Shown here: positions 10,212-21,523 of the stretch, in pieces
Layout of the letters: every line of letters begins with the position of its first letter
How positions within the stretch are numbered: position 1 is the stretch's first letter
Assembly (NCBI GenBank): GCA_963662515.1
Contig: OY759675.1
Coordinates: 965,473-1,029,472, forward strand
Direction of reading: 5' to 3'
From: Sedimentisphaerales bacterium
GTDB lineage: Bacteria > Planctomycetota > Phycisphaerae > Sedimentisphaerales > SM23-30
Length of the DNA: 64,000 bases
Position numbers and translations under genes: made by a program
The notes under the pieces: model-generated
Told to the model about the DNA's origin: nothing
The model's database searches: none
What the model saw: the letters and a program-made list of their open reading frames with translations, nothing else

Positions 10212-10521
10212 GCCTGCTTGGCTGATTGTTATTTACTGTAAAGGCATTGAAGGTTGTGAAGGGAATGTAAGAGTATCCGCCACTTGGCATCCTTCGACAG
10301 GCTCAGGATAATAGCTCATGGCGATGCAGGAATGGCAGATTGAGGATAAATCCTGTAACTTTTAATGCTTGTTGCTGTAGTTATTGATGGATATAATAAA
10401 ACCATCTCTGGCTGAACAGAAGGTATGACAGTTATGCCAGATACTGGTCGCTGGTGTCTGGCTCTGTTGTCTGAAGGTGAAATGGATAATCGTAACTTTA
10501 TGGTATATCAGGAGATTGGTT

Positions 10522-10866
10522 ATGGATAATAATGAAAAGCCGGTTCGGGTGGCTATTGAGCCTTTGTTCTTTGTTTTGGGGTATGTGATCGTTCTGCTGG
10601 GTTTGATGTTATTTGTTGTGCCGCGATTTATGGTTATTTTTGCCGATATGGGATACGAGCTTCCGGCGATAACGGCGAAGCTTTTAAGTATAAGGTATTG
10701 GGTAGTAGTGCCGCTGCTGCTGCTTGGCTCCGGCAGGCTGCCAGTGAAACAGCCCCAGGCCAGGCGGGGTTTTTCTATCGCTGTGCATGTATTGGGGGTA
10801 TTGTCGATATTATATGTTGTATTAGCATTGCTGGCAGGGGTTGTGGCCATGAAGGCGGGAGTATAG
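10522..10866 (+). CDS. stand-alone central fragment of a type II secretion / type IV pilus platform protein (GspF/PilC family)
   Basis: IEPLFFVLGYVIVLLGLMLFVVPRFMVIFADMGYELPAITAKLL matches the TM1-(VVPxF..F...G.ELP..T) junction between the two T2SSF domains. AGGAG lies 7 nt before ATG 10522. Only ~114 aa, versus ~400 aa for full-length members. Confidence 0.5.
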   Translation: MDNNEKPVRVAIEPLFFVLGYVIVLLGLMLFVVPRFMVIFADMGYELPAITAKLLSIRYWVVVPLLLLGSGRLPVKQPQARRGFSIAVHVLGVLSILYVVLALLAGVVAMKAGV

Positions 10867-10982
10867 AACTTATCGTGCCGATATAAAACAGAATGTAACC
10901 GTTCACGCAGAGAGATGCGAGAAAATCCAAAGTGTTTGCGTTCATTTTTAGTTCTGGTCTGACGGTTGGCTTATTATATGTA

Positions 10983-13877
10983 TTATCTGGGGGTTATAAT
11001 TATTCCCAGAGGTTGTTTCCAACTACTACCCTGAGTGTCGGTGACATTGAATTGATAACCGGCCCGACCGGAATAATTACCGGTGGGGGTGAAAACTATG
11101 ATAGGGCCGGTAGAAGATGGGGTAATGCCATCAGCAGCGAATTGGGCTACTGTCCCGCCTTTAATATCAGTTATGGCGAAGCGAGGTTCGGAGGTGAATC
11201 CGCGTGTATATCTGCTGACATCAACGGTAAGTGATGAGGGCTGAGCTGCAGTATTCTCGGGCATAATTGCGTGCGGGATAGAGCAGAAATAGAGATATTC
11301 TTCCAGTTTGGTATAACCAGCAGATGTATTATCCGGGAAGAAAGTCGGGGTGGTGATTATCACGCCGTTGTTTTTGAAAACATTGTTATGGTTCTGTACC
11401 AGTGGGTCTGAACCTAAGGTATTTTCCCAGTAGTCTGGCATGCCATCGCCATCGGTATCAGTGGGAGCGGTGGCGGAATTCAATGTGCCAAAACCGCTGT
11501 TTGATATGTTGTATGGCGCACTGGCTAATTGATACTCGCCATTACTTGGCGGATCGTATGCATATTCCGGGTGGTCCTGGGTTACTTCACGAGGGCTGTC
11601 CTTGGCCACCAGAATGCTTTCCTGATTCTCAACGCTGTCGATGAGTAAGGTGTCAAGCTCGTCTCTTAATGAAGCTGCACTTGCATCCAGACGCAGGGCA
11701 CCAGCCGAAGATAGTACCTTTTTGTAGGCGGTCAGAGGGTCATCAGTGGTTATGGAAACAGGGGCTCCGGCAAAGGGTGTTGCCGACTTATCGTAGCTCA
11801 GAGTTCCTGAGACGCTGCCGGCATCCGGATAGGGCAATCCATCGACGATGTCATAGCCTTTATCGGTGCCATTCAGCAGACCATTGCCATCAGAGTCGTG
11901 CAGGCAGTTGCTGAGATATAAATGGAAATTGGGTTTGCCATCGGAGGCGATGCGTCCTTTTGCCAGTGCTTTATATTTCAGGCCGAATTCATAATCCGGG
12001 ATCGACAGGAAATAACAACCGATAACATTGGCATACCAATCGACATTAGATTCTGAGTCGCCCATAATGAAGCCTTCGCTGCGCCAGTGACAGGTTACAT
12101 TATTAACCCATTCCAGCAGTCCGTAAGGTCTGGCCTTGGGATTGCGAGTTCGATGATGTGCCCAGAGTGAGTGATGACATGAGCCGTGAACCATATCCCA
12201 CAGGCCGCCGGCATTGTGCCGTTCCATTCCCCAGGAGCTGGTTGAATATTGCATTGTGAAGTTGTCGAGTGAACTATTGAAAAACGAGATGTTCTCGTCA
12301 GTACTGAACATCAGCGAAATATGGTCAATTATACTGGTGTGGGCCGTGCTTTCCAGATTGAGACAGTCGCCTGCCCCGCCATATTTGCCATGTCTTATAC
12401 GCAGATGGCGAATAATGGTGTTATTACCGGTCATGAGGATCCGTCCATCTTTTAATCCGATACCGTCACCGGGTGCTGTCTGGCCGGCAATGGTAACATT
12501 ATTCTGAACGATCCGTACGGTCTGGTTGCCGGTGTCGCTGTTGTAATTGATAGGGATATAGCCGCTGACAGCAAAAACTATCGTCCGGCCGCTGGCGGGT
12601 GCATTTTCAACTCCATACCTGAAAGAACCCGCTCCGCTGCTGTTGAGGTTAGTAACGGTATATACATCACCGCCCCTGCCGCCTTTTGCGTAGGCGCCAT
12701 ATCCTTCAGCCCCCGGGAAGGCTGGCAGGTCAGAATATACGGGTAGCGTTGTGGTGAAATTCCAGATATCGCCTGGAGTTACAGTGTCACAGGTAACAGA
12801 ATCGGCCCGCCAGTAATAGGTAGTGCCCGGCTCGAGAATGTCACAATTTACAGAAGTCTGGTCAGTGGCAGCCAGATATGTTGTGTCAGCCTGGCAGGTC
12901 CAGTTCTGGCTTAGTAGCTGGATGTCGGTGATGTCAACCTTGCCGCTGTGGTTGAGGTCAGGGCAGGGGTAGCTTCCTCCGATATTCAGCCATTGGCTGG
13001 CCAGACTGGCAAAATCAACAAGATCGACTACGCCGCTGCCGTCCAGGTCACCTGTCAGGCGTACGGCTTGCGTGACGGCTGTAGAACTGGTGCCAAAGTA
13101 TATCTCGGTCTGCAGGGCATTCTTGCCGGGCTTCCAGCTTAATATGGTATTGTAGGGGCTGGAAGTACCGCCTGTGGCTGGCGACGGTCCGGTTGCGTAG
13201 GCTACCTGGGCAGTTGTTATGACTGTATATGTGCCATTATAAACAACGGAAACTTTCCAGCCACTTTCAGTAGTCAGTAATCCTGAAGAGATCAACCCAT
13301 TAAAGGTGTCAACCGCATTACCGGAATAATAGATCGTACCGCTGTTTTTGATGCCGATCCGGCCTGTTCCGCCGCTGTAGGCTACTCGCAACCCTTTCAT
13401 ATATACCGAACCGCCATATACATTGAGCGTGCCGTCGGCTCCAGATCTGAAGCCTAAAGTGAGAACTGACCCGCAAGTGAATACTCCGCTGGTAATTTCA
13501 ACTTTTCCCGTGCCTGAGCCGCTGCCAACATATACATTACTTTTGCAGTTGAGATTACCACCTTGCAGATAGCATTCGCCATTTACATAGGTGTAATAAC
13601 TTGTGGTTGTGGTCTTAATCTCGCCTGCTCGAATGGTTAGTTTGCCACCAGCATTGATCGACATTTGCTCAACAGATGTCGTCTGCCCGGCATGATTGTA
13701 GGCCGGGTCATAGGGGTTGCCATTGACAACAAACCACTGGCCTGCCGGGGTACCTTCATAAGACCAGTTAGTAAGGTCGAGAAAATCGACACTATTAGTA
13801 CCAACCCAGGTAACATCTGCTGACAGAATGGCTGGGATTGTCAGAATAAAAAACAGGAATTTGCAAATTTTAATCAT
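10983..13877 (-). CDS. secreted multidomain polysaccharide (pectate) lyase-like beta-helix protein with dockerin-like and TSP3-like calcium-binding repeats
   Basis: Signal peptide. N-terminal Gly/Thr/Tyr-rich beta-strand repeats. Dockerin-type pair DLDGSGVVDLVDF...DLNHSGKVDITDI. GGRGGDVYTVTNL...IRH..IRHG beta-helix region resembling PL1 pectate lyases. TDTDGDGMPDYWE repeat. Confidence 0.65.
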   Translation of the reverse strand: MIKICKFLFFILTIPAILSADVTWVGTNSVDFLDLTNWSYEGTPAGQWFVVNGNPYDPAYNHAGQTTSVEQMSINAGGKLTIRAGEIKTTTTSYYTYVNGECYLQGGNLNCKSNVYVGSGSGTGKVEITSGVFTCGSVLTLGFRSGADGTLNVYGGSVYMKGLRVAYSGGTGRIGIKNSGTIYYSGNAVDTFNGLISSGLLTTESGWKVSVVYNGTYTVITTAQVAYATGPSPATGGTSSPYNTILSWKPGKNALQTEIYFGTSSTAVTQAVRLTGDLDGSGVVDLVDFASLASQWLNIGGSYPCPDLNHSGKVDITDIQLLSQNWTCQADTTYLAATDQTSVNCDILEPGTTYYWRADSVTCDTVTPGDIWNFTTTLPVYSDLPAFPGAEGYGAYAKGGRGGDVYTVTNLNSSGAGSFRYGVENAPASGRTIVFAVSGYIPINYNSDTGNQTVRIVQNNVTIAGQTAPGDGIGLKDGRILMTGNNTIIRHLRIRHGKYGGAGDCLNLESTAHTSIIDHISLMFSTDENISFFNSSLDNFTMQYSTSSWGMERHNAGGLWDMVHGSCHHSLWAHHRTRNPKARPYGLLEWVNNVTCHWRSEGFIMGDSESNVDWYANVIGCYFLSIPDYEFGLKYKALAKGRIASDGKPNFHLYLSNCLHDSDGNGLLNGTDKGYDIVDGLPYPDAGSVSGTLSYDKSATPFAGAPVSITTDDPLTAYKKVLSSAGALRLDASAASLRDELDTLLIDSVENQESILVAKDSPREVTQDHPEYAYDPPSNGEYQLASAPYNISNSGFGTLNSATAPTDTDGDGMPDYWENTLGSDPLVQNHNNVFKNNGVIITTPTFFPDNTSAGYTKLEEYLYFCSIPHAIMPENTAAQPSSLTVDVSRYTRGFTSEPRFAITDIKGGTVAQFAADGITPSSTGPIIVFTPTGNYSGRAGYQFNVTDTQGSSWKQPLGIIITPR

Positions 13878-14310
13878 ATATCATCTCTTTTTGTGATCGA
13901 TTGCTCTGGATAGTTTCAAAAACTATGTTATTATAGTGCAATGCATTTCTGCAATGTCTGATTTTAGTAGTAAATATCGGCTTAGTGTATATAACTATAA
14001 TACTATTCTTCGTCGTTATTCAGAAGTGAAATTACGAGGCTCAGGCCTTAATGCATTATACGGCAATATAAAGTTATAATAGTACAGTCTTGCAGGTAAA
14101 TGTTTATCGCAAGTAAAACCCGGGTAACCTTTTTCAATATGAGAATAACCAGTATCAGTGCATTATGAGCTCAGTTTAAAGTGATTATTTTTTTGGCTTG
14201 TTATTGTCACATGATTTAACTATTGTGTACAATGTTGATGGCGTTTGCTTTATTTGTTATTCAGGTCAGTGTTTTTGGTTGTGGCAGTTAGTGAAAGGGA
14301 AAAAGTGGCT

Positions 14311-15963
14311 ATGAAAAAGATAAATATGGTTATTCTGGTGGTTGGATTGCTATTTAGTGCCTGTTATGGCGATGCCATGCTCAGGGGTAAGATTGTAAAT
14401 ACTGCCGGTGAGCCGATGGCGGGCCAGACTGTTTGGTGTAAGTCGCAAACAGGTTTCTATGATAGTGATTTAAGTGGCGATGATGGTATTTACAGGATCG
14501 GGTTGCCCTCCGGGGTTTATAAGGTAAGTATATTGTCTTCTTCAGAGAGTGGCTACGCTCAATCATCTGAAAGTGATGTGGTTGTGGGTGATGAGAATGT
14601 TGAACTGAACTTTACGCTGCGAAAAGTTCAGGAGATGGGCAGTATTACCGGGCGGGTGACTGATGATCAGGGCAAGGCGGTAGCTGGTGTCAAGGTCCTT
14701 GCCAGTGGCACAGATCGTAAATTTGCAAGTGATGAAACTGATGAAAATGGTTGTTATCAGCTTGGTTCGCTGGAAGATGGCAAATATGAGGTGCAAATTA
14801 TTGGCGATGGTTATAGCAGGAACTTTTTGAATAAAAAAACCGTTGATATATCTGGCTCTGCGGTTGCAGGTGTTGATATTGAGCTTCTCGGAAAGAATAA
14901 GGTCGAAAGTGTTCTGTCGGCACTGGCAGAGCAGGCTGACGCCTCGATATTGGAATCTGGTAAGCCTGATCTTATAAATGATGAGGCAAAAGATAGCGGA
15001 GTGCTTTATGAAATGCTTATCAAAGTAGATTTGGGTGAACAACCGGCTGGCCCGATTACGGCTGTGACTATGACTTCTCTTGTGCTGTTAAATAATGATG
15101 GTTTTTGTATGGAAATGAAGAACGATAAGACCGGCGAGATAACTTCAAGGCAATATATGTCATATGCCCGGCAGCAGATGGTGTCGCTTTTGGATGCGAC
15201 TGGCACCTATATGAAGATCGATATGGGCGATAATTTGCCGGGCAAATTTGGGCAGAATGTCAATGACCCAAAGGAGATGTTCAGGCAGTTTGAGGGTAAT
15301 GAATGTATTGATCTGGGCGAAAAGGAGATAGATGGAAAAAAAGTGCGGGGGCGGCAATGCAGTGAGATCGATGTGGCGGGCTATAAAAATGCAGTTACTA
15401 CCGTTTGGACCGATGTTGAAAATGATAATCCGGTGTGCATAGAGGTTAAAGGTGAGTTTGGTGCAGGAAAGAAAGTCGATCTGGTAATGAATAATTTCCG
15501 GTGGAATGTCAAGGTTGACCCGGCCTTATTCATTCCTGAGATACCCGCTGATTATAAGGCAGCTGGTCCGGATATGAAAATGCCCGCTGTGGATATGCCA
15601 GCGGCCATAGAAGCGTTGAAAATTTATAGCGAAAAACTCGGTGAATTCCCGGAAGATACAACAAATTATTCATTAAAATACTTTGAGAAGGCAAGTGAGT
15701 CAGTAGTTAAGGCTGGTATTCCTGGTAAAGGCGAGCAAATGCGGGCTGACACTATGAAGGTCATGGGCCTGTTATCTTTCAGTACGAAATTAGAATCAGA
15801 AAAACGCGATATGCAATATTATGGCAAGAGCGTGAAAGTGGGCGATGGCAGTGCCGTACTGATGAGCTGGCGGCTGGATGATGGCAGGTATCAGGTGATC
15901 TGGGGTGATCTGCAAACGGCGGTTATGAGCAAGGAAGAACTGGATGGCAAAGAGGTTAAATGA
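14311..15963 (+). CDS. secreted protein with two CarboxypepD_reg-like beta-sandwich repeats and a LolA/RseB-like C-terminal region
   Basis: MKKINMVILVVGLLFSAC signal peptide after a GAAAGGGA RBS. Repeats GKIVNTAGEPMAGQTV and GRVTDDQGKAVAGVKV. The C-terminal fold assignment is a guess from sequence pattern. Confidence 0.55.
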   Translation: MKKINMVILVVGLLFSACYGDAMLRGKIVNTAGEPMAGQTVWCKSQTGFYDSDLSGDDGIYRIGLPSGVYKVSILSSSESGYAQSSESDVVVGDENVELNFTLRKVQEMGSITGRVTDDQGKAVAGVKVLASGTDRKFASDETDENGCYQLGSLEDGKYEVQIIGDGYSRNFLNKKTVDISGSAVAGVDIELLGKNKVESVLSALAEQADASILESGKPDLINDEAKDSGVLYEMLIKVDLGEQPAGPITAVTMTSLVLLNNDGFCMEMKNDKTGEITSRQYMSYARQQMVSLLDATGTYMKIDMGDNLPGKFGQNVNDPKEMFRQFEGNECIDLGEKEIDGKKVRGRQCSEIDVAGYKNAVTTVWTDVENDNPVCIEVKGEFGAGKKVDLVMNNFRWNVKVDPALFIPEIPADYKAAGPDMKMPAVDMPAAIEALKIYSEKLGEFPEDTTNYSLKYFEKASESVVKAGIPGKGEQMRADTMKVMGLLSFSTKLESEKRDMQYYGKSVKVGDGSAVLMSWRLDDGRYQVIWGDLQTAVMSKEELDGKEVK

Positions 15964-16123
15964 TTCAGGGGAGCTATGCCTTGAGGGCAGACAAGATGGG
16001 TTTTTTCTGATTATAAAAAAGATTTGGCATGTTGGTTCTATAGTGATATAATTCCAGATGTTCCGTGTTTTGACAGTTTTTTCTTACTGCTGCCGGAATG
16101 ATCTGGCAGAAAGGGGGTCTGTG

Positions 16124-17449
16124 ATGGGTATGAGGCAGGCGGTGGTATTGATCCATGGTATTGGCGAGCAGCGTCCTTTTGAGAATCTGGAATCTTTTGT
16201 TACAGCTATCACTCAGGGTTCAGATATTCGCAATAAGCCGGATCGTTTTGACCCGCTGTATGAGTTGAGGCGATTGCAGTTGCCGGGTGATCGCAGTCGG
16301 CCGCTGACCGACTTTTACGAACTGTACTGGGCTCATCACATGCGTGATACCCGGACCAAGATGGTTGTTGCCTGGCTCAGGTTGCTGTTGAAGAAGAATC
16401 CTCGCTATTATAATATGCGATTCCTCCCTATCTATATTGCCGGGCTGTTAATGCTGGCCCTGGTCGTATTCCTTTTGCTGATACCGTTATGCCAGAGCTA
16501 TTTATTTGCAGTTAAGGAAAGTGGCCCGCAGATAAGTTTCACCTGGCGGGTGATCCTTTTGTCATTACTGGCTTTGGTCGGAGCAAAGCTCTCAGTTATT
16601 ATTTATGGTTATGTTGGCGATGCCGCGAGATATTTGAATCCTGACCCGGATAATATAGAGCAGCGGAACAGTATTCGGCGTGAGGGTATTGAATTACTCG
16701 ACCGCTTGCATGCCAGCGGCAAATATGTGCGTATCATTGTTGTCGGTCACAGTCTCGGCTCGGTTATCGGTTATGATATAATTACCCAATATTGGTCTCG
16801 CCTGGTAGTTAAAGGGCCCTTAGAGCGATATGCTCAGGAAGAGCCGAATCGGTTTGAGCATTATGTCAGGGAATTCAATGCCAAAGATACTGTTAATGGC
16901 AATGATGTCGAGTTATTCAGGCAGAGACAGCATGCCCTCTGGCGAGAGTATCAGGCGGTGAAGTTCCCCTGGCTTATAACTGATTTTATTACCCTGGGTT
17001 CCCCGCTGACTTATGCCGATTATCTGCTGGCGGAAAACCCCGATAAGTTCAAGGCGAAAAAGGCCAGTTATGAGTTTTCGACCTGTCCGCCCACGATTCA
17101 GGAAAAAGATGATATGTTCTTTAGTTATTTCACCGAGGGCCCGCAGGGTAAATGTAATACGACAGTTCCCAATCATGCCTCGGTATTTAGTTGTACCCGC
17201 TGGACGAATCTGTACTTTCCCTCTCGCTTTGTTCTCGATGGCGACATTATCAGTGGGCCACTGGCAGCGAATTTTGGCCGGGGGATAAAGGATATTGCCT
17301 TGCCGGCCGGGCCGGGTAAATGGTTGCAGCATTGTAAATACTGGTCTGTTGCCCGGCATGAAGGCCAGCAAAAGGAGCCCGTTGAAGTCTTGAAAAATAT
17401 GCTCATGCTTGATTGTCTCAAGGCCAAAGGTAACTGGCCGTTGCCTTGA
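16124..17449 (+). CDS. membrane-inserted alpha/beta hydrolase (lipase/esterase-like)
   Basis: HGIGEQ oxyanion-type motif near the N-terminus, two or three hydrophobic helices, then the nucleophile elbow GHSLGS. GGGGG RBS before ATG 16124. Confidence 0.6.
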   Translation: MGMRQAVVLIHGIGEQRPFENLESFVTAITQGSDIRNKPDRFDPLYELRRLQLPGDRSRPLTDFYELYWAHHMRDTRTKMVVAWLRLLLKKNPRYYNMRFLPIYIAGLLMLALVVFLLLIPLCQSYLFAVKESGPQISFTWRVILLSLLALVGAKLSVIIYGYVGDAARYLNPDPDNIEQRNSIRREGIELLDRLHASGKYVRIIVVGHSLGSVIGYDIITQYWSRLVVKGPLERYAQEEPNRFEHYVREFNAKDTVNGNDVELFRQRQHALWREYQAVKFPWLITDFITLGSPLTYADYLLAENPDKFKAKKASYEFSTCPPTIQEKDDMFFSYFTEGPQGKCNTTVPNHASVFSCTRWTNLYFPSRFVLDGDIISGPLAANFGRGIKDIALPAGPGKWLQHCKYWSVARHEGQQKEPVEVLKNMLMLDCLKAKGNWPLP

Positions 17450-17535
17450 AGATGTAAAAAGTTAAATGTTAAAAGTTGTTGTTTCACCAGCGGCGAGGCT
17501 TATTGATGGTGAAAAAACCTGTAAGGGAGTATAAA

Positions 17536-18039
17536 ATGATAAATAGATTTGGTTTCTCTGGTGTTTTAGGTTTGTTTTTGTTGGCTTTACTTGGTTCGGG
17601 CTGTTGTCGGATACCGGGGCAGGTGCCGGAACTGGTGGCAGCTTCTGCTGAGTCGATCGATAATCAGGCGGCAGTGGCCACGGCCCAGTGGGACAGTGCC
17701 CTGGCGGCTGCCAGTGCGGCCAGAAAGTTGCTGGTACTGGTCAATGAGATAGTGCCGCCCGAGCCGCTGGGAAATATGTCTGATGCGCAGGAGAAGGCTC
17801 TGGTCAGATTTCACAGGGGTTATCCGCTGGTAATGCATCAGTTGGATGCTGCTCTGGCACAGGGTACAGCGCCGCAGCAGACTCTGGCTAAATTCCAGAA
17901 GATATCTGATGCCATTCGGCTGGCTAATTCATATATTGCCGAGGCTCTGGATGAAAATGCCCGCCTGCAGGCGGCTTTAGATAGTCTCGATAAGATAAAT
18001 GCAGTAATAACGGAGGTGAAAGATGGATCCATTGATTAA
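17536..18039 (+). CDS. hypothetical lipoprotein / secreted helical protein
   Basis: Signal peptide ending LLGSGCC. Ala/Leu-rich helical remainder. AAGGGAG lies 6 nt before the ATG. Confidence 0.5.
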   Translation: MINRFGFSGVLGLFLLALLGSGCCRIPGQVPELVAASAESIDNQAAVATAQWDSALAAASAARKLLVLVNEIVPPEPLGNMSDAQEKALVRFHRGYPLVMHQLDAALAQGTAPQQTLAKFQKISDAIRLANSYIAEALDENARLQAALDSLDKINAVITEVKDGSID

Positions 18040-18343
18040 GGAGTTGTCAGACCAGCTCGAGATATTGAATCATAAGATCATGGACGCCGACCCCTGGGAA
18101 GATGGTTATGAAGGACTGCTGGCCATTTATGAACATCTGCTGGGAGTGATGAAAGATAAAGCCAATGCCGATTATGAGAGTTTTTGCCTGGCATTGACCC
18201 AGTCGGCCGCTCAAATTGAAAAGGAATGGGCTGATAACGGCGGTAAGCTGTCCGGACAATGGCTCAAAGACCTCCAGCCGGTATTTGCTACAGTGGAAAA
18301 GATAATAGGCAAAGCTGTTCCTCTGCTGCTGTTGTTATTGTAG
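18023..18343 (+). CDS. hypothetical small helical protein with hydrophobic C-terminal tail
   Basis: GGAGG lies 6 nt before ATG 18023. 17-nt overlap with the preceding gene suggests translational coupling. Ends AVPLLLLLL. Confidence 0.55.
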   Translation: MDPLIKELSDQLEILNHKIMDADPWEDGYEGLLAIYEHLLGVMKDKANADYESFCLALTQSAAQIEKEWADNGGKLSGQWLKDLQPVFATVEKIIGKAVPLLLLLL

Positions 18344-18439
18344 GGGAGATTAGGGTGTCAGGCAGGGTGAACCCTGAACTCCGAACGAATAAAACTTTGT
18401 GCTATTGGCGAATCTGTGTGAGAATATGACTTAGAGGTG

Positions 18440-18576
18440 ATAGGACTCAGAGAACCGATAGGAGCAATAAGACAGGACCAATAGGAGAAATCGCTTCTCT
18501 TATTGGTCCTGTTCATATAGGTCTTATTCTATAGGTCCTACAGGTCTTATATGTCCTCTATCCTATGTGTCCTATG
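18440..18576. repeat. intergenic repeat locus B: three ATAGGA units, a 15-bp-stem hairpin, then about seven GGTCYT/GTCCT units
   Basis: ATAGGA at 18440, 18458 and 18481. Hairpin GGACCAATAGGAGAA (18475-18489) / TTCTCTTATTGGTCC (18495-18509). GGTCC/GGTCT/GTCCT at 18505, 18520, 18534, 18543, 18553 and 18569. Confidence 0.65.
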
Positions 18577-18612
18577 CTTTATTTGCCCGGTGAGCGAGCT
18601 TGAGACGCATAA

Positions 18613-21288
<2,676 letters not shown>

Positions 21289-21408
21289 ATATTCTCCATT
21301 ATAAAAGAGTCGTTGTCAGTGTAAACTTGAAATATCATAAGCTCGAAGAATGTTTCTGTCAAATAATAGGTGGGTGAGAGGCCGGGCTTATTAAGATAGT
21401 CTGTGCCT

Positions 21409-21455
21409 GTAAAAAAGGACCAACAGGGGATAGAATCCCGATCTATTGGTCCTTT
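21409..21455 (-). terminator. rho-independent terminator of der, also repeat locus C
   Basis: The minus strand reads AAAGGACCAA-loop-TTGGTCC followed by TTTTTT (complement of 21411-21416). The stem shares GGACCAA/TTGGTCC with locus B. Confidence 0.7.
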
Positions 21456-21523
21456 AATATAAAGTCTTATTGGTTTTACAGGGTTGCTATGCAGTAGAAC
21501 CAATATCAGCATTTGTTTGACTA

